From Gemmatimonadaceae bacterium (GTDB lineage Bacteria; Gemmatimonadota; Gemmatimonadetes; Gemmatimonadales; Gemmatimonadaceae), in assembly GCA_035513015.1 (NCBI GenBank), contig DATKCV010000124.1, positions 1 to 64,000 on the forward strand: a stretch of 64,000 nucleotides of DNA, written 5' to 3'. The position numbers and the translations under genes are program-made. A model generated the notes under the pieces. It saw only the letters and a program-made list of their open reading frames with translations, made no database searches and had not been told where the DNA came from. The number at the start of each line of letters is the position of its first letter. Position 1 is the stretch's first letter. Positions 9,186 to 19,863 of this stretch are shown piece by piece.

Positions 9186-10324
9186 CGCGTACGCTCGATC
9201 CGTTCGTCGGCACCCGGCGATGGAAGCGGAGCGTCCAGATCATCATCGGGATCGGGGTCGTCGAACGCAGGCGCCACCGCGCGCTTTCGTCCCTGACCGC
9301 GCAGCGCGTGCAGTACCGTTCGTCCGGTGGCGATGGCGCCGAGGAGGAGCAGAAGGTAGAACGTGTAGAACCGCCACCAGATCAGCGAGGCCGCGAAAAT
9401 GGGGGCGGGAATCACATCACCGAGCGCCGCCGCGAACCCTACCTCGATCACGCCGCCACCGGCAGGAGCGGGCACGGCCACCCCGCCGTAGAAGAGAACC
9501 ATCGGCCAGATCACCAGCGGCGCGATCGGGACCGTCGGATCGTAGGTGAGAACGAGCGCGGGGAGCACGGCGAACCGTGCCAGCAGGTGAATCACGGAGA
9601 GGAGGAGCGAGATGGCCGCCCACCGGAGCTTCAGCCGCCTCACCGCCGAGAACCCCGAGCGCATGCGCCGCAACGCTCTCTGAATCGCGCGCCACCGGCC
9701 CGCCCCGAGTCCGACCGCGCGGGCCCACCGGGGTGCCGGGCCGGCAGCCCGGCGCCGGGCCAGGATCATGCCCACCACCGCCAGCCCGAGCACGGTGCCG
9801 GCGTATCCGCCGACGACCGTCACCATGCCCGCCGTCGCGATCCGGCTCACCGGGAAGATGAGCCAGAGCGCGAGAGCCACGACGGCAAGCGAGATCATCT
9901 CCAGGAACAGCTCGGCGTAGAGCAGCAGCACCGAGCTCGAGACCGGAACGCGCGCCTCGGAGAGAACCAGGAAGCGCGCCGGCTCGCCGCCCGAGCGCGC
10001 GGGCGTGATCGAGGCCCCGAAGTCGCCCGCCAGGCAGGTGCGCGCGGACGTGCCGATCGTCAGCGGGATTCCCAGCGCTATCGCACTCGTGTTCAGCTTG
10101 AGCACGCGGCCGGCGATCTCGAGCAGCGCCGCGCACAGCGCGAGCACGTGCGCGAGCACCGGCAGCGACACGCCGAGCCGGCCCTCGGGCCAGGTCTGGA
10201 CGACGATGAACGCGGAGACGCCGATCGACGCCGCGAACGAGATGATCGTGAGAAGCCAGCGTCTCCAGCTCACCAGGACCGACGCGCGAAAGGGAAGCGA
10301 TGCGGCGATAGAATAGCGGACCAC
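9182..10324 (-). CDS. Lysylphosphatidylglycerol-synthase-TM-like / flippase-like domain protein (UPF0104)
   Basis: Polytopic membrane protein with the LPG_synthase_TM-type pattern and Pro-rich loops (PALVLTYDPTVPIAPLVIWPMVLFYGGVAVPAPAGGGVIEVGFAAALG). The 508-aa antisense ORF 8915..10441 is Arg-rich junk. Confidence 0.7.
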   Translation of the reverse strand: MVRYSIAASLPFRASVLVSWRRWLLTIISFAASIGVSAFIVVQTWPEGRLGVSLPVLAHVLALCAALLEIAGRVLKLNTSAIALGIPLTIGTSARTCLAGDFGASITPARSGGEPARFLVLSEARVPVSSSVLLLYAELFLEMISLAVVALALWLIFPVSRIATAGMVTVVGGYAGTVLGLAVVGMILARRRAAGPAPRWARAVGLGAGRWRAIQRALRRMRSGFSAVRRLKLRWAAISLLLSVIHLLARFAVLPALVLTYDPTVPIAPLVIWPMVLFYGGVAVPAPAGGGVIEVGFAAALGDVIPAPIFAASLIWWRFYTFYLLLLLGAIATGRTVLHALRGQGRKRAVAPAFDDPDPDDDLDAPLPSPGADERIERTR

Positions 10325-10370
10325 GGAGTGAGGCGCTACCGACCGCGGGGACTATTCCCGGACCCCCGCG

Positions 10371-11345
10371 TCACTCGGCCCGCGCGTAGACCTCGAGCCA
10401 CGGAGTCGCCGAACCACGTAAGGCGCGCAGCATCGTCTTGAGCGCGCGTTCCTCGATCGCCGCCCAGCGGTGGGTCCACTCGTCGGCGATCGGAACGAGA
10501 ACGTCGCCGACGATGCGTTCGATGCGGAAGTCGGCGTCGTGCAGCACGTGGCTCAGCGCGCGCACCGTGAAAGCGTGACGGTACGGCAGCGCGAGAAGGT
10601 TGTTGTGGGCGAGGAGTGCGCGCGCGGCTGCCGCGGCGGGGCCTCGCAGCCACCTGCGCAGTCGAAGCCAGAAGGCGCCGTTGGGCGTCCGGATCGCCAG
10701 GACACCGCCAGGTCGGAGGAGGGCGCGGGCCCGGACGGCGGCGGCGCGCGGATCGGGAAGCTGCTCGAAGCAGTTCCAGATCGCGACCGCGTCGAAGCGG
10801 CGTCCGGTGACGAACGTCTCCAGAGTGCCGGTGCTGACGGCGAAACCCCGCTCGCGCGCGAACGCGCTCGTCTCGGCGCTGATGTCCAGCCCCTCGAAAT
10901 GCCACCCGGCGTCCATGGCGGCAGCGAGAAACGCCCCGACGTAGCTCCCGACCTCGACCCCGGCGCCGGTCCGGCCGAGGACGTCCGTCAGCCGGCGGGC
11001 CTGCGTTCGGTAGCTCCGCCGCTGATTCTCGAACAGCGCCGCGAGCACCGCCGGGGCCGGCGTGTCCACCTTGTACGCCGCCTCCAGCTCGCTCGGCCGC
11101 TCGCGCGGATTGCGAAAGAGGAGCGTGCACCCCTGACACCTGACCACTCGCCACGGTGGCGCCTGCGAGAACGCCAGGCGGTCGAGCAGACGCTCGGGAG
11201 GTGTCGCCGGGCGCAGCCGGCGCCCGTGAAACGCCCACAGCTCCTCGACTTCTCCGCGTATCTCGTCGGCCCCGGCGACCTGCTCGGTGTCGGCGGACCG
11301 ACAGACGGGACAGCGCGTGAGCTCGTAGGCGATCGGCCGGAACAT
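10371..11345 (-). CDS. Class I SAM-dependent methyltransferase with N-terminal Cys4 zinc finger
   Basis: CPVC...CQGC, then the SAM motif VEVGSYVGAF and motif II/III LRPGGVLAIRTPN. Confidence 0.8.
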   Translation of the reverse strand: MFRPIAYELTRCPVCRSADTEQVAGADEIRGEVEELWAFHGRRLRPATPPERLLDRLAFSQAPPWRVVRCQGCTLLFRNPRERPSELEAAYKVDTPAPAVLAALFENQRRSYRTQARRLTDVLGRTGAGVEVGSYVGAFLAAAMDAGWHFEGLDISAETSAFARERGFAVSTGTLETFVTGRRFDAVAIWNCFEQLPDPRAAAVRARALLRPGGVLAIRTPNGAFWLRLRRWLRGPAAAAARALLAHNNLLALPYRHAFTVRALSHVLHDADFRIERIVGDVLVPIADEWTHRWAAIEERALKTMLRALRGSATPWLEVYARAE

Positions 11346-11456
11346 TGGATGACCAACAGGTGCGAGGTCCGTGCCCCGTCCGACCCCACACTTCCCAAGG
11401 CGGGCAACCGGTATTAGTTTAGGCTCGCCTAATTCTGTGCTGAGGGAAGCCTAATC

Positions 11457-13736
11457 ATGCGCTCCGCTGTCTGCATACTGGTCGCCGGACTTCTGGCCGT
11501 GTCACCCCTGCCCACCGGGGCCCAGGGCGTAGTCGCCGGGCGGGTCGTGGTTCACGGGTCGGCGGTGCCGGCGGCCGCCGCGCGGGTCGGCGTGATCGGC
11601 GGCGATCGGATCACCGCTACGGGAGCCGATGGGGAGTTTGCACTACGGGCGGTTCCGGCGGGGCGGCACACGCTGCACATCGCGCTGATCGGCTTCGCGC
11701 CGGCGCGCGCAGTCGTGAATGTGCCGGTGGCCGGCCCACTGCGCGCCGACACCGTCCGCGTGCTGATCGAGCTGCTCCCGGCCGCCGTGACTCTCGACGG
11801 GATCCAGGTCACGGCCACCCCCACCGGGCGCGATCCGCTGTCCGTCGCCCAGTCCACGAGCACGCTCGGCGGCCGCGATCTGGAGCGTTCGATCTCCACG
11901 AGTCTCGGCGCCACCCTCCAGTCGCAGCCCGGACTCGCGGCGCGCTACGATGGACCCGGCGCCAGCGCTCCGATCATTCGCGGGCTCTCCGGTGACCGCG
12001 TGCTGATCCTCCAGGACGGCCAGCGCACGGGCGATGTCGCATCCACGGCTCCGGACCACGGCGTCACGATCGATCCGGCGTCGGCCGGTCGCGTGGAGAT
12101 CGTCCGCGGCCCGGCGTCGCTGCTCTACGGGAACAACGCCGTCGGTGGTGTGATCAACGTAATCTCCGACGACATTCCGCTAACGCTGCCCACGCGCGCC
12201 TTCGGCTCGCTGACGGTGACCGGCGAGAGCGCGTCCCCGGGCGGCGGCGGACAGATGGAGCTGGTCTCACCCGTCGGCTCGCGCGGTGCGCTGCGCGTGC
12301 GCGCCGGCGCGCGCACGCACGGCGACGTGCGCGTCGCTCCCGGTTTCGGCGCCGCCACGCTGCCCAACACCTACATGCGCAACGCACACGGGGTGATCGG
12401 CGGTGCATTGATCGGCGACCGGCAGTCGATCGGCGCCGCCTATCGTGGCTACGGGTTCGATTATGGGCTGCCCGTTCCCCTGAATGCCCTGGACCAGGCG
12501 GTGACGATCGAGGGGTCGCGGCACGAGCTGCTCCTGCATGGCGAGACGAAGGCACCGGGCTGGCTCGAGGGCGTGCGGGTCGAGGCGAACGCGCAGTGGT
12601 ATCACCACGACGAGCTGGATGTCGAAGGACGCATCGGGACGGCGCTCGAGCTGCGCAGTCAGCACGTTCGCGCGCTGGCGCGCACCCGCGCGATCGGGCC
12701 ATTTCGCGACGGCGCGATCGGGGTCTCGGCCCTGCTGCGACAGAACGGCGTGTCGGGCGCGAGCGCGCTCACGCCGGCGAACGCGGGTTGGGGCGCCGGG
12801 GTGTTCGTATTCCAGGAGATTCCGCTGGCGTGCCTGGCGCGCTCGGAGCGGTGCGCGATCGCGGTCGACGGGTTGGAGCGCGAACTGCGAGTGCCGGTGG
12901 GGATCCGCTATGATCGCTACGTCATCGAGAGCAGGGAAAGCGAGGCGTTCGGGCCGGCCATGCGGCGCGAGCTCGGCGGGATCTCGGCATCCGTGGGTGT
13001 GACCGTACCGTTGATCGAGGGCGCTTCGGTGGGCGGGACGGTGGCACGGGCCTTCCGGTCGCCGACGGCCGAGGAGCTGTACTCCAGGGCCGGGCACACC
13101 GGGACGGGCGCGTTCGAGATCGGAGATCCATTGCTCGGTGCCGAAACGAACACCGGTCTCGACCTCGTGCTTCGCGTTGCGCGTCCGTCGATGACGGCGC
13201 AGCTGTCGGCCTACGCGAGCCGGATCGACGGCTACATCGCGCTTCACCCGACCGGTCGCGACACGGTCCTTGCCGATGCGCGCCGGTACCCGTTGTACGT
13301 CGTAGCCCAGCGCGATGTGCGGATGCGCGGTGCCGAAGCGTCGATCGAGCGTGCGGTGACGGCGCGGGTGGTCCTCGGCGCGATGGGCGATGTCGTGCAC
13401 GCTCGGGACGCGACCGGCGGACCGCTCCCGTTCATGCCGCCGGCGCGGCTTGGTGTCTCGGCGCGCTGGGAGGCGCGGGCGCTGGCGATCGGCGGGGGCG
13501 TCCGGCACGCTTTCGCCCAGCGCACGGTACCCGGTGGCGAGTCGCCGACGCCCGATTACACGGTCGCGGATCTGCACGCCAGCCTGCGGCTGGTGCAGTC
13601 ATCGCGGGCCCACACGCTGACGGTGCGGGTAGAGAACGCGGCCAACGTGCTGTACCGGGATGCGGCGAGCAGGATCAAGGATTTCGCGCCGAATCCCGGA
13701 CGGAGCACGGTCCTCGTGTACAGGCTGATGTTCTGA
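11457..13736 (+). CDS. TonB-dependent receptor with N-terminal carboxypeptidase-regulatory-like domain
   Basis: Signal peptide, CarbopepD_reg-like beta-sandwich, plug (IVRGPASLLYGNNAVGGVINV), 22-strand barrel ending RSTVLVYRLMF. Confidence 0.9.
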   Translation: MRSAVCILVAGLLAVSPLPTGAQGVVAGRVVVHGSAVPAAAARVGVIGGDRITATGADGEFALRAVPAGRHTLHIALIGFAPARAVVNVPVAGPLRADTVRVLIELLPAAVTLDGIQVTATPTGRDPLSVAQSTSTLGGRDLERSISTSLGATLQSQPGLAARYDGPGASAPIIRGLSGDRVLILQDGQRTGDVASTAPDHGVTIDPASAGRVEIVRGPASLLYGNNAVGGVINVISDDIPLTLPTRAFGSLTVTGESASPGGGGQMELVSPVGSRGALRVRAGARTHGDVRVAPGFGAATLPNTYMRNAHGVIGGALIGDRQSIGAAYRGYGFDYGLPVPLNALDQAVTIEGSRHELLLHGETKAPGWLEGVRVEANAQWYHHDELDVEGRIGTALELRSQHVRALARTRAIGPFRDGAIGVSALLRQNGVSGASALTPANAGWGAGVFVFQEIPLACLARSERCAIAVDGLERELRVPVGIRYDRYVIESRESEAFGPAMRRELGGISASVGVTVPLIEGASVGGTVARAFRSPTAEELYSRAGHTGTGAFEIGDPLLGAETNTGLDLVLRVARPSMTAQLSAYASRIDGYIALHPTGRDTVLADARRYPLYVVAQRDVRMRGAEASIERAVTARVVLGAMGDVVHARDATGGPLPFMPPARLGVSARWEARALAIGGGVRHAFAQRTVPGGESPTPDYTVADLHASLRLVQSSRAHTLTVRVENAANVLYRDAASRIKDFAPNPGRSTVLVYRLMF

Positions 13737-13753
13737 GCCCGCCTGGTCGCCGG

Positions 13754-14758
13754 TCAGTTTCGCAGGTCCCAGACCTCGACGCGGTTGTCCATGAACAGCG
13801 GAATGAGCACGCGGTTCCGCTGCCGGTCCACTCCGATGTCGGCTGGCGCGTTGACACCTCCGATGGCGCGGCGCATGGTCGTAGCATCGATGACGTGGAT
13901 GCTGGAGTCGGCCCAGCTCGACACGAGGATGCGGCCGTCGACGAGCACCTCGACTCCGTCGAACTGCCCAGGACCGACGGCGATGCGCGTCGGAGCGGCC
14001 TGACCGGGCCGCCAGCCGAGGACCGCGGTGCCGCCGAACTGGACCACGATGAACCGCTCGTTCCTTGCGTCCCAGGTGATTCCGTTCGGACGCGCCAGCG
14101 TGTCACCCTCGATGGCCACGGTGACCGCGCGTCCCTGTGGGCCGACGCGGAATATGCGATACGGTCCGGGCGCCGTCATCGAGCCGTCGGCGGCGAACTG
14201 GATACCCGTGTCGGTGATGTAGATCGCTCCGTCGGGTCCCACCGCGACGTCGTTGAGGAACCGGGCGCTCTGCGCGGCCAGACTCACGTTGGCCACCAGC
14301 GCGCCGGTTCGCTTGTGATAGCCGCGCAGGTGGTCGATGTCGGCAACCCACAGCGTGTCGCCGCGCACGGCCATGCCTTTGGGGGCGTTGAGCGTAACGC
14401 CGCCGCGGCCGCCGGCGATGAAGCGCAGCGAATCGATCGTGCCGTCGGGACGCAGGCGGCTGATGAATCCGTTGTCATCGGCCGCCGAGGGATTGCCGTT
14501 GATGTTGGAGACGAAGTAGACGTCCAGATCGCGGTCGTGGAGCACCGACTCGGGTGTCTGAAAGCCGCCGTCGATGGTCAGTACGCGGGAAGTCGAGAGC
14601 TGCTGCGTGTCGGCGGCGGCAGCAGCGACTCCGGGCAGGGCAGTGTCGCGCGTTGGGCGCTCGTCGCGAACGGTGCAGGCGGCGGCCAACGAGGCCGCGG
14701 CCACCCAAAGGATGACGCGCCGGGCGGGAAGTACGAGAAGCACGAGAGATGAATGCAT
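13754..14758 (-). CDS. Secreted beta-propeller (SMP-30/gluconolactonase/NHL-like)
   Basis: Signal peptide and lipobox-like AAC, followed by repeated propeller blades. An AGGAGG RBS sits 7 nt upstream and overlaps the stop of the upstream gene. Confidence 0.6.
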   Translation of the reverse strand: MHSSLVLLVLPARRVILWVAAASLAAACTVRDERPTRDTALPGVAAAAADTQQLSTSRVLTIDGGFQTPESVLHDRDLDVYFVSNINGNPSAADDNGFISRLRPDGTIDSLRFIAGGRGGVTLNAPKGMAVRGDTLWVADIDHLRGYHKRTGALVANVSLAAQSARFLNDVAVGPDGAIYITDTGIQFAADGSMTAPGPYRIFRVGPQGRAVTVAIEGDTLARPNGITWDARNERFIVVQFGGTAVLGWRPGQAAPTRIAVGPGQFDGVEVLVDGRILVSSWADSSIHVIDATTMRRAIGGVNAPADIGVDRQRNRVLIPLFMDNRVEVWDLRN

Positions 14759-14769
14759 TATGAGCCTCC

Positions 14770-15453
14770 TCAGTCGGTGCCGTCGGTACGCTCGATGGTG
14801 ATGTTCTGCATCGGCACTGAGCCGCCGGTGAGCCGCCCACGTGCGTCGAATTCGAGCATGACGTCGATGCCTCCCAGCACGAGGTGGGCTCCGGTGGGAG
14901 CCAGCCGCACCCGGGCGGTCGATGGCTGTCCGCCGGCATCGGGAACCCAGAACGGTACGGATACATCGTCGCCGCCGATCGCGCGTGCGCGGAGCACCAG
15001 CTGGGCCATCAGCGACGGGCTCGGATTGACGTAAGCGACGGTGCCGGCCGGCAGGCGTACACGGGCCACCTCGCGGCCGCGGGTGACGATCACGCTGTCA
15101 CCGGCAAAGTTGGCCGTCACCACCGCGCTCGGCTGCGCATCGCGGGCGGCGGCCACGGCGTACTCGCGTACCTCGATCGACGCGACCGAGCCGTCGGGAT
15201 TCAGCCGCGCTGAGTACGTGGAGCGTGGACCGTTGACGACGACGAGATCGGCGACGAGCAGCGTGTCGGTGCGGGTGAAACGCTCCGTGATCACGACGGT
15301 CGTGCCCTGCCGCAGATTGAACGTGCCACGCTCGGGTGGCGCGGGCGGCGCCGCGGGTCTGGGAACCGCGCGCGGCGAGCTGGCACAGCCGAGGGCGATC
15401 GCCAGCGCGGCCAGCAAGGCGTGGCGGCACGCGGAGTTTGGTGGTCCCCGCAT
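14770..15453 (-). CDS. Hypothetical lipoprotein
   Basis: MRGPPNSACRHALLAALAIALGCASS with an LGC lipobox. The start is trimmed from the ORF-track start at 15570. Its stop overlaps the RBS of the downstream propeller gene. Confidence 0.5.
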   Translation of the reverse strand: MRGPPNSACRHALLAALAIALGCASSPRAVPRPAAPPAPPERGTFNLRQGTTVVITERFTRTDTLLVADLVVVNGPRSTYSARLNPDGSVASIEVREYAVAAARDAQPSAVVTANFAGDSVIVTRGREVARVRLPAGTVAYVNPSPSLMAQLVLRARAIGGDDVSVPFWVPDAGGQPSTARVRLAPTGAHLVLGGIDVMLEFDARGRLTGGSVPMQNITIERTDGTD

Positions 15454-15617
15454 CTTGGTCACTGTAGGCTCCTGTCGAGAGTGAACGGCGGCGGCATCGA
15501 CGCCAGGGCGGGAGTCCGGCGCTTCCCCCTTGCGTCTCCTCCAGGCCTCCCGTAAGTCAGAATCCTGCAAGAAAGTCGCTCAGGTCCCCACGAGCAGCAC
15601 CATCCGGAGGTCGATTC

Positions 15618-18600
15618 GTGTTCGCGTCCTACGCTCGAGTGCGCTTGGCTCGCTTCGCGCCCACAGTGCCGCTTCTCGTCGTCGCTCTCGCCATCCACCC
15701 AGTCTCCGCACCGGGTGCCCAGACACCCGCCGTTGCCGCATCGGCCGCGACGGCGGAATTCGACACGACCCTGTTGGCGCAACTCCGGTGGCGCGAGCTC
15801 GGGCCCGCGCGAGGCGGCCGATCGGTCGCCGTCGCCGGCTCGGTGCAGCGCTCCAACGAGTACTGGATGGGAACCACGGGCGGCGGCGTATTCAAGACCA
15901 CCGATGGCGGCACTACCTGGGTTCCTGTCTCAGACGGCTTTTTCGGCGGCACGATCGGCGCCATCGCTGTCGCCGCATCGAACGCGGACATCGTTTACGT
16001 CGGAACGGGCGAGTTCCCCATCCGGGGTAACGTGTCGCATGGCGACGGCGTGTACAAGACCACCGACGGCGGCCGCACCTGGACGCACCTCGGGCTCACC
16101 GAGACGCGCCAGATCTCGCGCGTGATCGTGCACCCTCGCGATCCCGACGTCGTCTGGGTCGGGGCGCAGGGGCAGGTGTGGGGCCCCAACCCGGAGCGCG
16201 GCGTCTACAAGACGGCCGATGGCGGGCGCACGTGGGACCGGATCCTCTTCCGCAACGACTCCACCGGGATCACCGACCTCGAGATCGACCCCACCGACCC
16301 CGACGTGCTGTACGCCGGATTCTGGCAGGTGCACCGCAAGCCGTGGCAGCTGGTCAGCGGCGGCGCGGGGAGCGGGCTGCTCAAGTCCACCGATGGCGGG
16401 CGTACGTGGACCGAGCTCACGCGAAATCCCGGGCTGCCGCAGGACCTGTGGGGGAACGTGGGAATCGCCGTATCGCCGGTTCTGCCGAACCGGGTGTGGG
16501 CGATCATCGAGGCAGACTCGGGCGGCGTGTTCCGCTCCGATGACGGCGGACTGACCTGGACGAAGCTCAACGAGGAGCGCCGGCTGCGTCAGCGCGCGTG
16601 GTACTACACGCGCATCTACGCCGACACCAGGGACACCAACACCGTTTACGTCAGCAACGTGCAGTTCCTCCGCTCGCGCGACGGCGGACGCACCTGGCAG
16701 GTGATCCGCACGCAGCACGCCGACAGCCACGACCTGTGGATTGCCCCCGACGACCCGCAGCGGATCATCGAAGGGAACGACGGCGGCGCGAACATCACGG
16801 TGAACGGCGGTCAGACGTGGACGCACCAGAACTACCCGACGGCGCAGTTCTATCACGTGCACGTCACCAACCATTTCCCGTATCACGTCTGCGGTGCGCA
16901 GCAGGACAACAGCACGTTCTGCGGCCCCAGCGCCGGGCCCGGCGCCTGGTACGCGGTCGGGGGCGGCGAGTCGGGCTACATCTTCTCGCGCCCCGACGAC
17001 CCGGACATCTTCTTCGCCGGCAGCTACGGCGGGCTGCTCACGCGGCGCGACATGCGCACCGGCCTGACGCGAAACATCCACGCCTGGCCGGACAACCCGA
17101 TGGGCCACTCGGCGGGCGACCTCCGGCACCGGTTCCAGTGGACCTTCCCGATCGTCGGCTCGCCGCACGACCCGAACGTCGTCTACATCTCCTCGCAGCA
17201 CGTGATGCGGACGTCCAACGAGGGCGAGAGCTGGGAGATCATCAGCCCCGATCTCACCCGCAACGATCCGCGGACGATGGGCCCGTCCGGCGGGCCGATC
17301 ACGCGTGATCAGACGAGCGTCGAGTACTACGGGACGGTGTTCACGCTGGCCGAGTCGCCGCTGAAGCAGGGCGTGATCTGGACCGGGTCCGACGACGGGC
17401 GGATCCACGTGACGCGCGACGGCGCGCGGACCTGGCAGAACGTGACGCCGCGCGGCATACCCGAGTGGATGCGGATGTCGATCATCGAGCCCTCGCCGCA
17501 CGACACGGCGACGGCGTACGTCGCGGGAAACCGCTTCCAGATGAACGACATGCAGCCGTATCTCTACAGAACGACCGACTACGGCCGCACCTGGACCCGG
17601 ATCGACGGCGGGATCGCCCGTGACGAGTTCACGCGCGTCATCCGCGCCGACCCGGTGCGACCGGGGCTCCTCTACGCGGGCACGGAGCGCGGCGTGTGGG
17701 TCTCGTTCGATGATGGCGCGCGGTGGCAGCGGCTGCGGATGAACCTGCCGCCAGTCCCCGTGCACGACCTCGCGATCAAGGGGAGCGACCTCGTCGCGGG
17801 CACCCACGGCCGTTCGTTCTGGATCTTCGGCGAGCTGCCGCTTCTCCGCCAACTCACCGCCGATGTGGTCGCCGCGGATGTGCACCTGTTCACGCCCCCG
17901 GATTCCTACCGTGCGGGCGGTGGAGTGCAGGTCGCCTATCATCTGCGCGACCCGACGGGCCCGGTGAAGATCGACTTCCTCGATGAGCGTGGTACGATCG
18001 TCCGCAGCTACTCGAGCGCGCTCGACTCGGCGGCTCTCGCCGACAGCATTGCCGGCACGTTCACGCCGGGACCCCGGCCGGGCGCGCGGCGCGGCGTCAA
18101 CACGTTCACATGGAACACGCGCTACGCCGACGCAGCGTCGTTCCGCGGGATAATCATGTGGGCGGCGAACACACTGGGTCCGATGGCGCCGCCGGGCACG
18201 TACTCGGTGCGACTGACGACCGCCGACGGGAAGAGTGAGACGCAGGAGTTCAGGCTGCTCGGGCACCCGAAGTCCACCGCCACGCAAGCCGAGCTCGACC
18301 AACAGTTCGGCTTTCTCCTGCAGATCCGCGACACGCTCTCGGCCGCCAACAACGCGGTGCGTACGATTCGCAACGTGAAGGCGCAGCTCGACGATCGCGC
18401 GGATCGCATGCCGGCGAACCGGCGTACGGCTTTCCGGCAGCTGGCGACGCAGTTCTCCCAGCGGCTCAGCGTGGTCGAGGACTCGATCTATCAGACGCGG
18501 AACCAGTCGGGTCAGGATCCGCTCAACTATCCGATCCGGCTCAACAACAAGATCGCCGCGCTGATGGGCGTGGTCGGCAGCACCGATGCCAGGCCGACCA

Positions 18601-18800
18601 CGCAGTCGTACGAGGTCTACCGCATGCTGACGGCTCGGCTTCACGGCGAGCTGACGGCGCTCGACCGCCTGATGCGGGACATGCTGCCGCGCGTGAATCA
18701 GCAGCTCAGACAGACCGGTCTGCCCGAGATCGTGCCGGGTACAGAGGAAATACGGCGGCCGGGTGCGGTCGCCAACGGATCAAGGGGTCAGAGTCGTTGA
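15618..18800 (+). CDS. BNR/Asp-box repeat, sortilin/VPS10-type tandem beta-propeller protein (putative secreted glycosidase)
   Basis: GTG start with a GGAGG RBS and a signal peptide. More than 10 BNR motifs are present (TTDGGTTW, TTDGGRTW, STDGGRTW, SDDGGLTW, SRDGGRTW...). Confidence 0.85.
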   Translation: MFASYARVRLARFAPTVPLLVVALAIHPVSAPGAQTPAVAASAATAEFDTTLLAQLRWRELGPARGGRSVAVAGSVQRSNEYWMGTTGGGVFKTTDGGTTWVPVSDGFFGGTIGAIAVAASNADIVYVGTGEFPIRGNVSHGDGVYKTTDGGRTWTHLGLTETRQISRVIVHPRDPDVVWVGAQGQVWGPNPERGVYKTADGGRTWDRILFRNDSTGITDLEIDPTDPDVLYAGFWQVHRKPWQLVSGGAGSGLLKSTDGGRTWTELTRNPGLPQDLWGNVGIAVSPVLPNRVWAIIEADSGGVFRSDDGGLTWTKLNEERRLRQRAWYYTRIYADTRDTNTVYVSNVQFLRSRDGGRTWQVIRTQHADSHDLWIAPDDPQRIIEGNDGGANITVNGGQTWTHQNYPTAQFYHVHVTNHFPYHVCGAQQDNSTFCGPSAGPGAWYAVGGGESGYIFSRPDDPDIFFAGSYGGLLTRRDMRTGLTRNIHAWPDNPMGHSAGDLRHRFQWTFPIVGSPHDPNVVYISSQHVMRTSNEGESWEIISPDLTRNDPRTMGPSGGPITRDQTSVEYYGTVFTLAESPLKQGVIWTGSDDGRIHVTRDGARTWQNVTPRGIPEWMRMSIIEPSPHDTATAYVAGNRFQMNDMQPYLYRTTDYGRTWTRIDGGIARDEFTRVIRADPVRPGLLYAGTERGVWVSFDDGARWQRLRMNLPPVPVHDLAIKGSDLVAGTHGRSFWIFGELPLLRQLTADVVAADVHLFTPPDSYRAGGGVQVAYHLRDPTGPVKIDFLDERGTIVRSYSSALDSAALADSIAGTFTPGPRPGARRGVNTFTWNTRYADAASFRGIIMWAANTLGPMAPPGTYSVRLTTADGKSETQEFRLLGHPKSTATQAELDQQFGFLLQIRDTLSAANNAVRTIRNVKAQLDDRADRMPANRRTAFRQLATQFSQRLSVVEDSIYQTRNQSGQDPLNYPIRLNNKIAALMGVVGSTDARPTTQSYEVYRMLTARLHGELTALDRLMRDMLPRVNQQLRQTGLPEIVPGTEEIRRPGAVANGSRGQSR

Positions 18801-18846
18801 ACGGGCAGGGCGACGAGTGGCCCTGCCCGTTCAGCGACTCTGACCC
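18785..18846. terminator. Long hairpin with 27-bp arms (one G-U) between convergent genes
   Basis: gggtcagagtcgttgaacgggcagggc - gacgagtg - gccctgcccgttcagcgactctgaccc. The left arm lies inside the last codons of the BNR gene. Confidence 0.55.
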
Positions 18847-18865
18847 TTGATCGCGACTGCCTGGA

Positions 18866-19759
18866 TCAAACGGCGCTGACGGCCATGCCCATCGCGTGGT
18901 AGCCCTTGTCCACGTAGAGCGTCGTTCCCGTGATCCCGCTGGCCAGTGGGCTCGACAGGAAGGCCGCGGCGCGTCCGACCTCGTCGGCGGCGAGCGGGTC
19001 GGGGAGCGGCGAGTTCTGCGCGCAGTACTCGACCATCTTCTCGATGATCCCGATCGCGCTGGCGGCGCGGGAAGCGAGTGGGCCGGCGGAGATCGTGTTC
19101 ACCCGGATGCCGTGTCTTCGCCCCGCCTCGTAAGCGAGCACGCGGGTGTCGCTTTCCAGCGCCGCCTTGGCCGACGACATCCCGCCGCCGTAGCCGGGCA
19201 CGACGCGTTCGCTCGCCATGTAGGTCAGCGACACCACCGAGCCACCCTTCCGCATCAGCGGCCCGAGGCGGGATACCATCGAGACGAGCGAGTATGCGGA
19301 CATCCCGAGCGCGGCGAGGTAGCCGCCGCGGCTCGTGTCCAGCAGCGGCTTTCGGACCTCCGGGCCGTTGGCGAGCGAGTGTACCAGGATGTCGAGACCG
19401 TCGGAGCCGACATCCCCGGCGATGCGCGTCGCCATCCCCTCAACGGAAAAGTCGCCCACATCCCGGTAGCGCTTGTTGGCGCGGACCTCTTCCGGGGCGT
19501 CGGCGAGCGTGTCGAACGCCGCGTCGAGCGGGTATATATGCTCGAACTCCAGCAGCTTTCCACCGGCGAGCCGGCGGGACTCGTCCATCTTCCCGCGCTC
19601 GAGCAGATTCATGAAGATGGTGAGCGCGGGGGGCCAGGTCGCGACGGAGACGGTGGCGCCTGCCTCGGCCAGAGCCTTGGCGATCGCGAACCCGTAGCCG
19701 GCGTCGTCGGCCACGCCGGCGACGAGCGCGCGGCGGCCGGTGAGGTCGATTGTCAGCAT
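18866..19759 (-). CDS. fabI: Enoyl-[acyl-carrier-protein] reductase, long FabI type (SDR)
   Basis: FabI-like N-terminus ([21 protein letters not shown]) and a catalytic Y...K region ([20 protein letters not shown]). The ~300-aa length fits the plant/chlamydial-type FabI. Confidence 0.75.
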   Translation of the reverse strand: MLTIDLTGRRALVAGVADDAGYGFAIAKALAEAGATVSVATWPPALTIFMNLLERGKMDESRRLAGGKLLEFEHIYPLDAAFDTLADAPEEVRANKRYRDVGDFSVEGMATRIAGDVGSDGLDILVHSLANGPEVRKPLLDTSRGGYLAALGMSAYSLVSMVSRLGPLMRKGGSVVSLTYMASERVVPGYGGGMSSAKAALESDTRVLAYEAGRRHGIRVNTISAGPLASRAASAIGIIEKMVEYCAQNSPLPDPLAADEVGRAAAFLSSPLASGITGTTLYVDKGYHAMGMAVSAV

Positions 19760-19863
19760 GAGGGGGATATGGCGGCGACGTGGGGGAGAGGCAAGGGGCT
19801 TCGCCGCGGTGAGTCGGTCGGTGTATCAGCGGGTCGAGAGGTTCCTTCAATGCCCATCGGGGA

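Noticed and set aside
8915-10441. 508-aa + strand ORF
   Set aside because: It is antisense to the LPG-synthase-TM-like membrane protein and has extreme Arg/Gly/Pro/Glu content.
10336-11391. 351-aa - strand ORF overlapping the SAM-MTase in another frame
   Set aside because: It is out of frame relative to the motif-bearing MTase ORF (10371..11345) and is Arg/Pro-rich.
12267-13577. 436-aa - strand ORF
   Set aside because: It is antisense to the TonB-dependent receptor.
15930-18644. 904-aa - strand ORF
   Set aside because: It is antisense to BNR/sortilin gene 1, which has more than 10 BNR motifs in the + frame.
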